Source of the DNA: Desulfatiglandales bacterium
GTDB lineage: Bacteria; Desulfobacterota; DSM-4660; Desulfatiglandales; HGW-15
NCBI GenBank assembly: GCA_963667015.2
Contig: CAXXJJ010000001.1
Span: 2,368,001-2,432,000 of the forward strand
Direction of reading: 5' to 3'
DNA length: 64,000 nt
Shown one piece after another: positions 9,673 through 19,407 of this stretch. The stretch's first letter is position 1. Each line of letters opens with the position of its first letter. Under the pieces are notes generated by a model. The model was not told where the DNA came from. It ran no database searches and saw nothing but the letters and a program-made list of their open reading frames with translations. Made by a program: the position numbers and the translations under genes.

Positions 9673-10587
9673 TTATTTCAATAAAGAATATAATTTTTCC
9701 TTAACTGCCTGTGCCCATATTTCGTATCCCTTTGTGGTGGGATGCAGGGCATCACCCATTACATCCTTGGGAATAAAACCTTTCTCATCCAGAAATTTAT
9801 CACCAATATCCATGTAATAAACCTTATTCCCATCATGCAGTTTTGATATCTTTTTATTTATATTATCAATGGTATCCCGAACCGGATCGCCGGGAGTGCT
9901 TCTCGGGAAAACAGCAAGGAGCAGAATTTTTGCCTTTGGAAAATCCTTCTGTAACTCCAGTACTACAGCGCCTATCCCCTCTGCTATTTCATCAGCATTG
10001 TTCTGGGCAGTGTTATTGGTCCCTATCATAAGCATAACGGCCTTTGGGCTGAATCCCTGGCCTTCACCATTCTGGAGCCTGTAAAGAACTCCCTGGGTCG
10101 TATCTCCTGCAATTCCGAAATTGGCAATCTTGAGATCCCCGAAATATTTATCCATAACCGGTTTTCCGGCGTTTGCACCATCAGAATTTCGCCAGAAATC
10201 CGTGATGGAATCACCCATAAAGAGCACCTCAATATCACCCTGCTTTGCGACCTGAAGATTGTCCTGATGTTTGGGGCGAAACCATCCTGCAAGGTTGGGA
10301 ACTATTGCAGTATTCGGACGGGGAACGCGTACTGCAATTAATCCGGGATATTTTCTATTTATTTCTTTAACAGTCGGATCAGCCTTATTAATAAAATTTT
10401 TAAGGGCCTTTTCAGCAATTTTCACCTCATCAGCAGTGGGGCGGGGAATTGCTACCGCAGCAGGGACAGGGGCCTTTTCCGGGGTGGCGGGCTGCGCAAA
10501 CAGACTGCTTCCCGAAAAGCCTGAAAAGACAAACAACAGAAGAAACAACACAAGACAGATTTTTTTCATTCGATTATCAGATTTCAT
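9673..10587 (-). CDS. Secreted GDSL/SGNH hydrolase (PAF-acetylhydrolase-like)
   Basis: Signal peptide; GDSIT, NFGIAGDTT, IGTNN, DALHP blocks. Confidence 0.9.
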   Translation of the reverse strand: MKSDNRMKKICLVLFLLLFVFSGFSGSSLFAQPATPEKAPVPAAVAIPRPTADEVKIAEKALKNFINKADPTVKEINRKYPGLIAVRVPRPNTAIVPNLAGWFRPKHQDNLQVAKQGDIEVLFMGDSITDFWRNSDGANAGKPVMDKYFGDLKIANFGIAGDTTQGVLYRLQNGEGQGFSPKAVMLMIGTNNTAQNNADEIAEGIGAVVLELQKDFPKAKILLLAVFPRSTPGDPVRDTIDNINKKISKLHDGNKVYYMDIGDKFLDEKGFIPKDVMGDALHPTTKGYEIWAQAVKEKLYSLLK

Positions 10588-11114
10588 TACATGCCTCCGT
10601 TTAAATAATTGAAAATAAAAATAAATTTACTTGTCTGCAGTATAATAAGTGGGTGATTTGAAGATTAAGTTAATATAGAAAAATTGCAGGGAGTTATCAA
10701 GAGGTGTCAGTCGTTTTTTTAAATATATTAGTAATATCTGATTCACTTTTAGAAGTTGGTAAATCTAACCCCAGAGCTGTGAAATATTAATGTTTTGAAA
10801 GGACTTTTTTATCTTTAATCCGTTGTGGGAATGTGCTGGATTTTTTGCCCGGAGATTTACGATATTTAAATTATTTTAGTCTTACATTGGTAAAATACTT
10901 TTAATTTTATTTAAGCTTAAAACAAAATGTGTCTAAAATATTTCTGAATGGATTCATATCTGTAATATCTTGATATAACTACCTATTATAATGCTGCCAC
11001 CGAAGCTCACTGGTTTTAGTATGTATTTTTCTGCCGGTTTATTGCTATTTTCAGAAATAAAATCTGCTTAATTAATTTGAATTTAAAAAAAAATGCATTT
11101 GGGTATTTTTTTTT

Positions 11115-11142
11115 TAAAGTTTATTCATGGATGTTCCGATGA
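11115..11142 (+). promoter_or_regulatory. Possible sigma-28 (FliA)-type promoter
   Basis: TAAAGTTT-N12-TCCGATGA versus consensus TAAAGTTT-N11-GCCGATAA. Confidence 0.35.
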
Positions 11143-11233
11143 AAAAATTGAAACACGGCACAGGATGTTAAAATTATATGCCTGATGACTGTACAGCAGT
11201 TTGTCAGGAGTTAAAAGTGAAAACAATAGAGTC

Positions 11234-11291
11234 TAGCCTGGAACGTTATTTAAATCTCTGGAAGCGACACCGGGCTACAGGGCCAGGGATT
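11234..11291 (+). ncRNA. Candidate pseudoknotted cis-regulatory RNA in the 5' leader of the TPR gene
   Basis: TAGCCTGG(11234-41)/CCGGGCTA(11270-77) stem; loop AATCTCTGG(11253-61) complementary to CCAGGGATT(11283-91). Confidence 0.35.
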
Positions 11292-11365
11292 ATTAAAGGC
11301 CTGCGAAAATAGCAATTTAATAAAAAACAAAATATTTAACTTATTTAATGGAGGAATTTCTAGAC

Positions 11366-11797
11366 ATGAAAACATTTACAAAAATACTACTTGCATCTAT
11401 GGTATTGGCTTTCTTTTCAACAACAGCTTTTGGACAGCAGGCACTGTACAACAGCCTTAACAAAAGAATGGCAATACTCTATAAAAATGGCAAAACCATG
11501 GAAGCTATAGCTACAGCACAGGAAGTAGTAAAAGTTGCAGATGAAACCTTCGGTAAGAATCATGCATATTATTCAGCGTCACTCGAAAACCTGGCACTTC
11601 TTTATGTTGCAGAGGGAAATAATGAAAAAGCAGCTAACCTTTATGAGGAGTCTTTTACAGTAAGGGAAAGTCTTCTTGGTAAAAACCATCCGCGTCTTAA
11701 AGACGTTCTTGAAAAACTGGAAAAATGTTATGAGGCCATGAGGGCGTCTGACAAGATTCAGAATGTAAAGGCAAGAATGGCAAGTCTTCAGAGCTAA
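11366..11797 (+). CDS. Secreted tetratricopeptide repeat protein
   Basis: Signal peptide; GKNH..Y.ASLENLALLY...G...KA..LY....RE..LGKNHP repeat; GGAGG RBS favours ATG 11366. Confidence 0.85.
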   Translation: MKTFTKILLASMVLAFFSTTAFGQQALYNSLNKRMAILYKNGKTMEAIATAQEVVKVADETFGKNHAYYSASLENLALLYVAEGNNEKAANLYEESFTVRESLLGKNHPRLKDVLEKLEKCYEAMRASDKIQNVKARMASLQS

Positions 11798-11814
11798 CAG
11801 ATCTGCCTGTAAAT

Positions 11815-11855
11815 AATAAAAAAGGCCCCGTCCTGTGGACGGGGCCTTTTTTATT
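11815..11855. terminator. Bidirectional intrinsic terminator
   Basis: AATAAAAAAGGCCCCGTCC-TGT-GGACGGGGCCTTTTTTATT. Confidence 0.9.
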
Positions 11856-11947
11856 GCGGAATGCAAGGTCCGGTATCCTGCCCCCTGCAACGTTTGAAAA
11901 GAGTTATTCCCCGGTCAATGCCCGGTATCCTGCTGTATGTCGTTTAT

Positions 11948-12412
11948 CTAGCGAATTCCCCTTGAATAGTTTACAAGCATAACCCGGTGCTTTTTCGTAT
12001 CATTTTTAATTAATTTTAAAAGCTTATCCAGCTTCTCATCTGTTGTATGAATCAACCCGGTAAAACTCTCTTCATCAAGCTCCACTTCAATTTTAGCCCC
12101 AATTGAATAAGCCTCGGCTTCTGATAAATTCTCTGAAGATGCCTTTTTAAGGATCTCATTTAATTTTGAAATAAATTCCTTGAGTCTTTCTATTCGTAAA
12201 TCAACAGAAACGGTGGCTTTTTCTTCGCGGACCGCCTGACATACCTTATCCATAATATTGGAATGAAGTTTTTCCTCTCCCGCAATGGTTGCCCAGAATT
12301 TTTTTACCGGTGCCGTAAAATCACTTTTTTTTGAAAATCTGGTATACAGTCTGGCAAGGACGTCTTCTATCCTGATCAGATTGGTTATTATCTGTTCTTT
12401 ATGATTATCCAT
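11948..12412 (-). CDS. Ferritin-like (rubrerythrin-type) four-helix protein
   Basis: IE..ARLY ... EEKLH and IE ... DTKKH paired motifs. Confidence 0.55.
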   Translation of the reverse strand: MDNHKEQIITNLIRIEDVLARLYTRFSKKSDFTAPVKKFWATIAGEEKLHSNIMDKVCQAVREEKATVSVDLRIERLKEFISKLNEILKKASSENLSEAEAYSIGAKIEVELDEESFTGLIHTTDEKLDKLLKLIKNDTKKHRVMLVNYSRGIR

Positions 12413-12434
12413 AACTCTCTGCCCGGTATTTCGA

Positions 12435-13346
12435 TTATCTTCCCTGATCCTGATCTTCTTTTACTCCAACCTGTGCGAAATAATTGATGATGCCGTCCGG
12501 ATCATCCAGCCATATGGTCAAAAGAGCGAAACCCTTCATTATATTCAATGGTTGATCAATAACAATTTTACGGGCCTTTGCCATTGAATCCACCTTTTTT
12601 GCATCAGATATCACATACTGTATTCCTCCACTGCCTGTATCAGCAGGAAGATCAGATCCGAAACAGCGAAGGCTGACAGTTGTTGAACCATGGCGGAAAG
12701 GGTATTTAATCGTATCAAACAGGGAGTCTTTTTCTGGCGGCAATTCATCTAACCCCACAAAATCCCGGTAAAATGCCCTGCTCCTGGCCAGGTCCGAAAC
12801 CACCAGACCTATTTCAATCCCCTTACAGGCAGCCTCCTCTGCCTGTGGAACAATCACCAGTTCGACCCATTGCTCATCCGGGTCCTGAACAAGAGCAAAG
12901 CTGCGTCCGGTTTCCGGAACAGGTTTAAAGATCGGAACCTTGAGTCCATGATCCTTAAAACTTTTTTCCAGGTCATGCTGATTTGTAAAAAAGAAGGTTA
13001 ACAGCCGTAGTCCGGTGGCATCAGGAATATTGCCTCGATGATAGCTTCGGTTGGGAACCTTCCCGGACAGCTTTACCTGAGAATCACCTGCCTGGAATCG
13101 TGCGACCCTGCTTCCTCCGCCCAGATTAAAGGTCATTAATTGTTCAAGACCAAGCACCTTCCCGTAAAAAAGATTCATGGCTTCGACATCCGCATCAAAG
13201 CGCCTGAACACATTCATGGAGGGCTGTATCTGGAGGGGTGCAACTGTATCGGCTCGATCAGGGGAATTATTTTGAGCAAAAGATGTTGTGCCTGTCAAAC
13301 ACAGGGCGGCTATTATCAGAAATAAAAAAAGTAATTTGATCATCAT
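12435..13346 (-). CDS. Secreted VOC/glyoxalase-family protein (two domains)
   Basis: FYGKVLGL, QDPDEQWVEL, FYRDFVGL, DDPDG; signal peptide; GGAG RBS before MMIK. Confidence 0.75.
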   Translation of the reverse strand: MMIKLLFLFLIIAALCLTGTTSFAQNNSPDRADTVAPLQIQPSMNVFRRFDADVEAMNLFYGKVLGLEQLMTFNLGGGSRVARFQAGDSQVKLSGKVPNRSYHRGNIPDATGLRLLTFFFTNQHDLEKSFKDHGLKVPIFKPVPETGRSFALVQDPDEQWVELVIVPQAEEAACKGIEIGLVVSDLARSRAFYRDFVGLDELPPEKDSLFDTIKYPFRHGSTTVSLRCFGSDLPADTGSGGIQYVISDAKKVDSMAKARKIVIDQPLNIMKGFALLTIWLDDPDGIINYFAQVGVKEDQDQGR

Positions 13347-13576
13347 TTTCTCCAAAAATAATATGTTAAAAGTGTGGCGGGGACTGACTGTGCCTAATAT
13401 TAATAACAGCATGGATTTTAGAGTCTCACCTACTGTATGTCAATAAACAATCTCCCCGTTGTCTTATGACTATTATTTACTTTCTTTTCCTGATACTTGC
13501 CAACATTCAATAAAAGGATTATAGAGATTTAAAAGAGACGGTTTTTTACAATTAATATCCATGCGGAGGGTGATTC

Positions 13577-14083
13577 ATGGCTGCAACGATTGATGACATA
13601 CTGGAAAATTATGAGAAAGACCTTGAGAACGCAAGGCAGGGCAAATGTCAAAAGATCAGCTGGTGCACCGATTTTAAGGAGGCCTTTTTGAGGACCTACA
13701 ATGAAAATTACAAATCAAAGCTGGAGGCGATAAAAGAAAAACTGGCGGCAAGAGGTCACAGTGCCTATCTTGATGAAGAATCTGAGGATGATATTTTCTA
13801 TGGGTTTTCATTTTCCCTGATTCCCCGGCACCTTTTAACCGGACCCATTGACAGATTCTTCCCCAGTTCGATTAAATCCTCCATCTCTTTTAAGGCAAAT
13901 GAACATACATTGACTATAGATGTTGAGACAGCTATTCGTCCGGTAATTGATAAATCGGAAAGCAGTATTGTGGAAAAGATCCCAAGAAATGAGTTTTCAG
14001 AAGAACGTCTGCTGGAAGGAATTAAATCATTTATTGGAAAAGTTTTTAATGAGACAATTTCTATGGACTTTAATAAGGAATAG
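13577..14083 (+). CDS. Hypothetical protein
   Basis: 168-aa ORF with GGAGG RBS; no recognised motif. Confidence 0.7.
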   Translation: MAATIDDILENYEKDLENARQGKCQKISWCTDFKEAFLRTYNENYKSKLEAIKEKLAARGHSAYLDEESEDDIFYGFSFSLIPRHLLTGPIDRFFPSSIKSSISFKANEHTLTIDVETAIRPVIDKSESSIVEKIPRNEFSEERLLEGIKSFIGKVFNETISMDFNKE

Positions 14084-14337
14084 GAAAAGGGTTTAAAAAC
14101 ACCGGAGCCAGCAACTCAAAACTGAAAACCCAATACCTGTAAATAAGTAATTTACTGGTTAATACTTATCAGCCCGGGTACCCCGTAACCTGCCGGAAAT
14201 GAACAGAATATTATTTATATTCCTCTCTTCCCACCTGCTGTTTTGATTTTTTTTAATATTTCCTCTATCCCACCCTCAATTGGCGTCAGTGTAATTGATT
14301 TTTGTACTGTTATTCTGCAATAAGGCACTGAATTTGC

Positions 14338-16323
14338 ATGAAAAGATCAGATGGCTTTCCACTTTCAACAGGCAGGCAAAATATGGAAAAAAATAAATTA
14401 ATTAAGATAGGACATTATACTGTCAGACACCAGATTAATAAAGACTGCGAGAGCAGCGATTTTCTGGCCTTTGATACCGGACAGGACCGGCAGGTTGAGA
14501 TAAAGGCATTCAGGATCGGTTCGGATCATATTGAATCAATATTGCTGCAAACACAGGCTCTCAGCGAATTAAGGCACCCTAACATTTTATCCTTCTATGA
14601 AATTGGAGAACAGAAAGGTTTTCCCTATTTGGTTTCAGAATATTATGACAGCGAAACCCTGGCCGACCTGATTAAAAGTAAAAAGTCCTTTTCAGTTAGT
14701 GATGCTGTGAAGAGGATGAGTCAAATACTTGACGGTATCTCATATGCCCATAATCAGGGGATCATCCATAATGATTTAAGACCTGAAAATATTCTGATCG
14801 GGGATGACGGAGGAGTAAGAATCAGGGGTTTCGGTATTTCAATAGTGATTAACAGCCTGAAAGGCTCAGATAACAGGCAGAAAGAGATAACCCGGTATAC
14901 GGCACCAGAATGTTTCCTTAAGGGGGAAGCATATAAAAGTTCGGATGTATATTCCCTTGGTATGATTCTATACGAAATGCTTACCTTAAGACCAGTTATG
15001 GTTGCCAGTAAAAGGGAAGATATGATGTATAAAATTGCATATGTTCCTACGGTACATCCTTCCCTTGAGAATCCGGATGTTGATCCATTACTGGACAGTA
15101 TTGTCGAGAAAGCCACTCAGAAAGATCCAGTGGCCAGGTTCCGGAATGCAACTGTAATGAAGAAGGCAATAGACTACTACCTTGGGTTGCCGGAAAAGGA
15201 GGAACTGCCGGAGCCCGAAAAATCAGACAATCAGGGCATTCTTAATCTGCTTTTATCCCGGATGGAAAATAATTCGGATTTTCCGGCCTTTTCAAAATCC
15301 ATTATGGCTATCAATGAAAAGACCTCAAAGGATCAATATGTTTCTGCCAGAGACCTTGCAGATATCATTATGAAAGATTATTCCCTGACAAATAAGATGC
15401 TTACCCTGGTCAATTCATCCTTTTATGGGGGTTTAGGGAGCGGGGTTACAAGTATTGAGCAGGCAGTTATTATTCTTGGGTTGGAGCAGGTCAGGCTCAT
15501 GGCAGGTGCCATGATGGTCTTTACACAGATCCAGGATAAATCAAATATAGATGAGCTTAAGGATTCCATGATTAAATCCTATATGAGCGGATTAATCGCA
15601 ATAGAGGTCGCAAAACAAGTGAAATCAAAAGATGCTGAAGTTGTATTCCTCTGTGCAATGTTCCAGACCCTGGGAAGGAATCTTACAATTTATTATATGT
15701 CTGACGAGTACTCTAATATCAGGGTTTTAATGAATGAAAAAGGCATTGACATATCTTCCGCATCCCATGAAGTCCTAGGGGCATCATTAGACGAGATAGG
15801 TGTGTGCGTAGCCCGTTACTGGAAATTCCCGGAGGCTATAATCTACGGCATGCGGAGTCTCCCTGAAGGGGTTGTCAATAAACCTGAATCAAAACTGGAA
15901 ATGATTAGACATTTTTCTATTTTTGCCAATGAGATATGCGATGTTGCCGGACATGGATTTGATGATCAAAGCATAAATAAATTAATCCAGCTGATGAAAA
16001 AGTTTGAACCCGGTATTTCAATCTCTGAAAAAGATGTTTTCAGGATACTTTTTGATTCCATAGAAAAAATAAAAAATCATGCATCTGTCCTTGGTATCAA
16101 TGCCGAAAAAAGTCGGTTCATTACGAGTCTGTTCAGTTTTGCTGAAGGAGGAGAAAGCAGTGAATTGAATCGACATATAAAATGTACCGGTACTGCTGAA
16201 ATATCCCATAGCCCGGATGAACAGAAAGCCATTGATGATATAAGTGGAAAGAAACCCGACGGTTTTCGAACTAGGTTGATTCCGTTATGGAAAAAATTAA
16301 CCGGGAACAGAAAACTCAAGTAG
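14338..16323 (+). CDS. Ser/Thr kinase-like (probably pseudokinase) domain fused to HDOD domain
   Basis: HPNI, HNDLRPENIL, YTAPE, SDVYSLG; C-terminal DFPAFS, LTNKMLTLVNS, AVIILG, WKFP (HDOD). Start may be ATG 14383. Confidence 0.85.
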   Translation: MKRSDGFPLSTGRQNMEKNKLIKIGHYTVRHQINKDCESSDFLAFDTGQDRQVEIKAFRIGSDHIESILLQTQALSELRHPNILSFYEIGEQKGFPYLVSEYYDSETLADLIKSKKSFSVSDAVKRMSQILDGISYAHNQGIIHNDLRPENILIGDDGGVRIRGFGISIVINSLKGSDNRQKEITRYTAPECFLKGEAYKSSDVYSLGMILYEMLTLRPVMVASKREDMMYKIAYVPTVHPSLENPDVDPLLDSIVEKATQKDPVARFRNATVMKKAIDYYLGLPEKEELPEPEKSDNQGILNLLLSRMENNSDFPAFSKSIMAINEKTSKDQYVSARDLADIIMKDYSLTNKMLTLVNSSFYGGLGSGVTSIEQAVIILGLEQVRLMAGAMMVFTQIQDKSNIDELKDSMIKSYMSGLIAIEVAKQVKSKDAEVVFLCAMFQTLGRNLTIYYMSDEYSNIRVLMNEKGIDISSASHEVLGASLDEIGVCVARYWKFPEAIIYGMRSLPEGVVNKPESKLEMIRHFSIFANEICDVAGHGFDDQSINKLIQLMKKFEPGISISEKDVFRILFDSIEKIKNHASVLGINAEKSRFITSLFSFAEGGESSELNRHIKCTGTAEISHSPDEQKAIDDISGKKPDGFRTRLIPLWKKLTGNRKLK

Positions 16324-16417
16324 GGGTATCCCTGCACCGATTTCCTGATAATTATTTTTTACGAGTTCCCAGGCCTTGAGCGCAAGAGTAAATTGTACCC
16401 GTCCTGAAAACACTATC

Positions 16418-16552
16418 CTAATGGTCTGAATTTTTTCTACAGCAGGGGCATTTTCCTTCGTTTTTACTGATCTGCGATTGAACAACACGATAACCGCAGT
16501 TACTGCATCTCATCCTTTTCTGTATCTCGCTCAATATAAGCTTGGTGTCCAT
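16418..16552 (-). CDS. Small zinc-ribbon protein (44 aa), not in the ORF track
   Basis: MDTKLILSEIQKRMRCSNCGYRVVQSQISKNEGKCPCCRKNSDH*, with CxxC...CPCC. Confidence 0.55.
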   Translation of the reverse strand: MDTKLILSEIQKRMRCSNCGYRVVQSQISKNEGKCPCCRKNSDH

Positions 16553-16833
16553 TTTATTATTTAATCTCTTTTATAGTTAATTGTACCTATCCTGGTTCAG
16601 CAGGAGAAATCCAGGCAGGTAGTTTCATCAATGGTGCATGATTTTAACTGTTCTTATTTCACATTCTGTGCCAAACCAATCCTCTCCACTAACTAATAAT
16701 TATTACAAAAGAATACAGGAATTATGATTTTATTTCTGCAGGCTGGGTTATGGTTTTTGTGCCCTTTTTGTATATGTCTGTCTGATAAATAATAAATTTT
16801 GGTATGTTGTCCTGGAGGAAAAGCGAATGAATA

Positions 16834-16874
16834 TCACACAGGTTCCTGCTGTTTTTCAACTGGAGCCTGTGTGA
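16834..16874 (-). terminator. Hairpin downstream of the Fe-S gene
   Basis: TCACACAGGTTCC...GGAGCCTGTGTGA inverted repeat. Confidence 0.55.
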
Positions 16875-16891
16875 CAAAATACTCGTGAATG

Positions 16892-17995
16892 TTATTTAAG
16901 GAAGTAATGTCCCCACACAGGAAATGGTGGCGGCTCCTCACCATCTTTCAGAGGTTTGGGTTTAAGGTATTCAGGAGGCCTGACGATTTCATATCTCAGT
17001 GCATTGGGCTTGCATGTGATGATACACAGTCCGCACCCTTTACAGTTTTCAGGGATAACCGAGGCCTTCACCTTTTTGGGATTACCCGGTACAGGTTTGA
17101 ACTCGATGGCTTCAAAGTAACACCGCGATTCACATTTTTTACAGCCATTGCATTTTTCTTCATCTACTACGGCTGCAAAACGATTGGGTGTCATGAGGTC
17201 ATAACGTTTTGACTGTCTGATGGGAAAGAGGTTTTCACAGCATGTATCACAGCAGTAACAGTCCCCCCAGTGGACAAGGCCGGCCCTTTCCGCCTCCCTT
17301 GCGGTTTCAAGTGCCTCTTCAAGGGTTACTTCCTTTAATAAACGACCCGGCTGTTTAATGTAGTATTCTCCTCTTGGCCTGTCAAAGGCGGAAAAGCAGG
17401 TCATACGAGGTTTTTCGCATTCATGTCCCCAGGAGATTCGGCATCCGCACGGGGAGAGTATCCTGCTTTTCGCATCAATGATCTTCTGTTTGAAATTTTC
17501 TTCGGGCAGTATGTCCTCGGGTTTTATATTGGGGCTGAGTTCAAGGGCAAGGATTGATGGAGATATGGGAAGGTTCTTGCCAAGCGCCTCGATCATCTCC
17601 TCTATATGCTTCATGAATTCATGGCACCATTCGTTGTAGAAAAAATCCTTCCAGAGGGACTTTTGCTCCTGTGTCATTGCATAGGGGCCTGTATGGGGGG
17701 CCACATCAGCGCAGCATTCGTGATGAAATGCAAGGAGTGTTGTATGGAAGGCATACTGTGTGAGTCCCCGGGTAAGCATACCCTTGTCCACCAGGACATC
17801 CAGCTTTTTTTGAAGCTCCTTTTTATCCATATCCAGACGTTCGGCCAGTTCAGGACAGGTGGCCGGTTCAAAGAGCTCCATACAGATCTTTGCTTCCACC
17901 GGTGTAAAGGTGGCCTTTAAAATCTTAAGAAAACGTTCTGATTCCCAGACACCCAGTTTATCGGACAGTTCCTTATACACGGGATCAAAAGTCAT
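16892..17995 (-). CDS. 4Fe-4S ferredoxin-domain protein with N-terminal winged-helix-like region
   Basis: FTPVEA..ELAERL HTH-like start, CGCR, CYCCDTCC, CNGCKKCESRC, CKGCGLCIITC; GGAGG RBS before ATG 17995. Confidence 0.8.
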   Translation of the reverse strand: MTFDPVYKELSDKLGVWESERFLKILKATFTPVEAKICMELFEPATCPELAERLDMDKKELQKKLDVLVDKGMLTRGLTQYAFHTTLLAFHHECCADVAPHTGPYAMTQEQKSLWKDFFYNEWCHEFMKHIEEMIEALGKNLPISPSILALELSPNIKPEDILPEENFKQKIIDAKSRILSPCGCRISWGHECEKPRMTCFSAFDRPRGEYYIKQPGRLLKEVTLEEALETAREAERAGLVHWGDCYCCDTCCENLFPIRQSKRYDLMTPNRFAAVVDEEKCNGCKKCESRCYFEAIEFKPVPGNPKKVKASVIPENCKGCGLCIITCKPNALRYEIVRPPEYLKPKPLKDGEEPPPFPVWGHYFLK

Positions 17996-18016
17996 ATTAC
18001 CCTCCACTTAAAATAT

Positions 18017-18046
18017 TGTAAGGGCACGATGCATCGTGCCCCTACA
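18017..18046. repeat. GTAG-type REP-like palindrome
   Basis: TGTAAGGGCACGATGCATCGTGCCCCTACA; related copy at 39383-39406. Confidence 0.7.
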
Positions 18047-18101
18047 GTTAGTGTTGTCAAAAGCTGGTTATTTCTATTCCTGTGACATGGCATAATAAAC
18101 A

Positions 18102-18752
18102 TCACATAACACTGCCAATCCATGAAAACCAGGCATCAAGTCCTTCCCCGGATTTAGTTGAAACAGGGAGAACGGCTGCTGACTGATTTAAACCCTTTAT
18201 TATCTCCGGGAATGTTCCCATGTCAAAATCAAAATAGGGGTGAACATCGATCTTGTTTACCAGTACAATATCCGCTTCCATAAAGATAACCGGGTACTTG
18301 TAAGGTTTATCGTCTCCCTCGGGAATGCTTAATATTACAACATTTTTATGAGCACCAAGGTCAAAGTCTGCGGTACATACAAGGTTCCCCACATTTTCTA
18401 TAAACACAAGATCCAGTTTTTCAGGGTCCAGATTGTCTAACGCCTTTTCTATCATCCTGGCATCAAGATGACACCCGCCACCGGTATTGATCTGCAAGGC
18501 CTTTACATCCAGCTTTAATATTTTATCAGTATCAATAGAAGAGGCAATATCTCCTTCTATAACAGCAATATTATATTTATCTTTAAATTGATTTATTGTT
18601 TTGGTTATCAGGCTTGTCTTGCCGGAACCGGGAGATGACATTATATTGATCATCCGGCAGTTATGTTTATCCAGCATGGATCGGATCTGCTCTGCAGTTT
18701 TATTATTTGCGCTTAATATATCTTTTTTAACGCTTATGGTTTTTACATCCAC
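18102..18752 (-). CDS. hypB: Hydrogenase nickel incorporation GTPase HypB
   Basis: SSPGSGKT, EGDIAS, NTGGGCHLDA, ENVGNLVC, EGDDKPYKYP, NKID. Confidence 0.95.
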   Translation of the reverse strand: MDVKTISVKKDILSANNKTAEQIRSMLDKHNCRMINIMSSPGSGKTSLITKTINQFKDKYNIAVIEGDIASSIDTDKILKLDVKALQINTGGGCHLDARMIEKALDNLDPEKLDLVFIENVGNLVCTADFDLGAHKNVVILSIPEGDDKPYKYPVIFMEADIVLVNKIDVHPYFDFDMGTFPEIIKGLNQSAAVLPVSTKSGEGLDAWFSWIGSVM

Positions 18753-19094
18753 CTAGATAATCTCCATGCTCTCAATGTAGAGTTCCCGGCCGCCGACCAG
18801 TTCTATGGCCTTTTTATTACATTGAGGACAGTTGAATTCAAGCCCGCTCCTTGGAAAAATAATATCACAGTCCCGACATCTCAACTGCGGTTTTGTAAAA
18901 GTATACTCGATAACAGCTCCCTCAGCGATAGTACCTTTTGCCATAAAACCGAAATAAAAATTAACAGCATCCTTTTCTACGCCGGTCAGCTCACCAACAA
19001 CCAGCTTAATACTGATGATCCTTTGCGCGTTGTCCTTTTTTGCGTCTTTAAACGCCGTGGACAGCAGGGCTGCAACTATGCTCTGTTCATGCAT
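18753..19094 (-). CDS. hypA: Hydrogenase maturation nickel metallochaperone HypA
   Basis: MHEQSI N-terminus, CRDC and CPQC, GRELYIESME. Confidence 0.95.
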   Translation of the reverse strand: MHEQSIVAALLSTAFKDAKKDNAQRIISIKLVVGELTGVEKDAVNFYFGFMAKGTIAEGAVIEYTFTKPQLRCRDCDIIFPRSGLEFNCPQCNKKAIELVGGRELYIESMEII

Positions 19095-19346
19095 AAGAAA
19101 AGGCCTTCAGTGAATTTATCCACACATCATTACCTATGGATCCCAGGTTCAGATAGCAATATATAACTGCTCGCAACACCAGTATTATCTTTTCCTTAAA
19201 TCTATCTCTTAAATCTAAGAGAAAACAAATATTATGGATAGATGATTAGTTAGAAACCTTAAAAAAGTCAAGGTCCGGTCGAAACAATTGTAATGGTTAA
19301 AGCCTTTTGGTTTTTAGATAGCTTATCTTTTTTAAGGAAAAAATGT

Positions 19347-19392
19347 TTGACAAATACGACATAATGTCGTAATAATACGACTAACTCTCGTA
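19347..19392 (+). promoter_or_regulatory. Sigma-70 promoter overlapped by tandem BlaI-type operators
   Basis: TTGACA 19347-52; perfect palindrome TACGACA-TAA-TGTCGTA 19355-71; second site TACGA-N7-TCGTA 19376-92. Confidence 0.8.
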
Positions 19393-19407
19393 TTAACCCT
19401 CATAAAT

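Noticed and set aside
11181..11303. c-di-GMP-I (GEMM) riboswitch
   Set aside because: Only GCTACAGGG resembles it; the GGCAAAC/GNRA/GCAAAG architecture is missing
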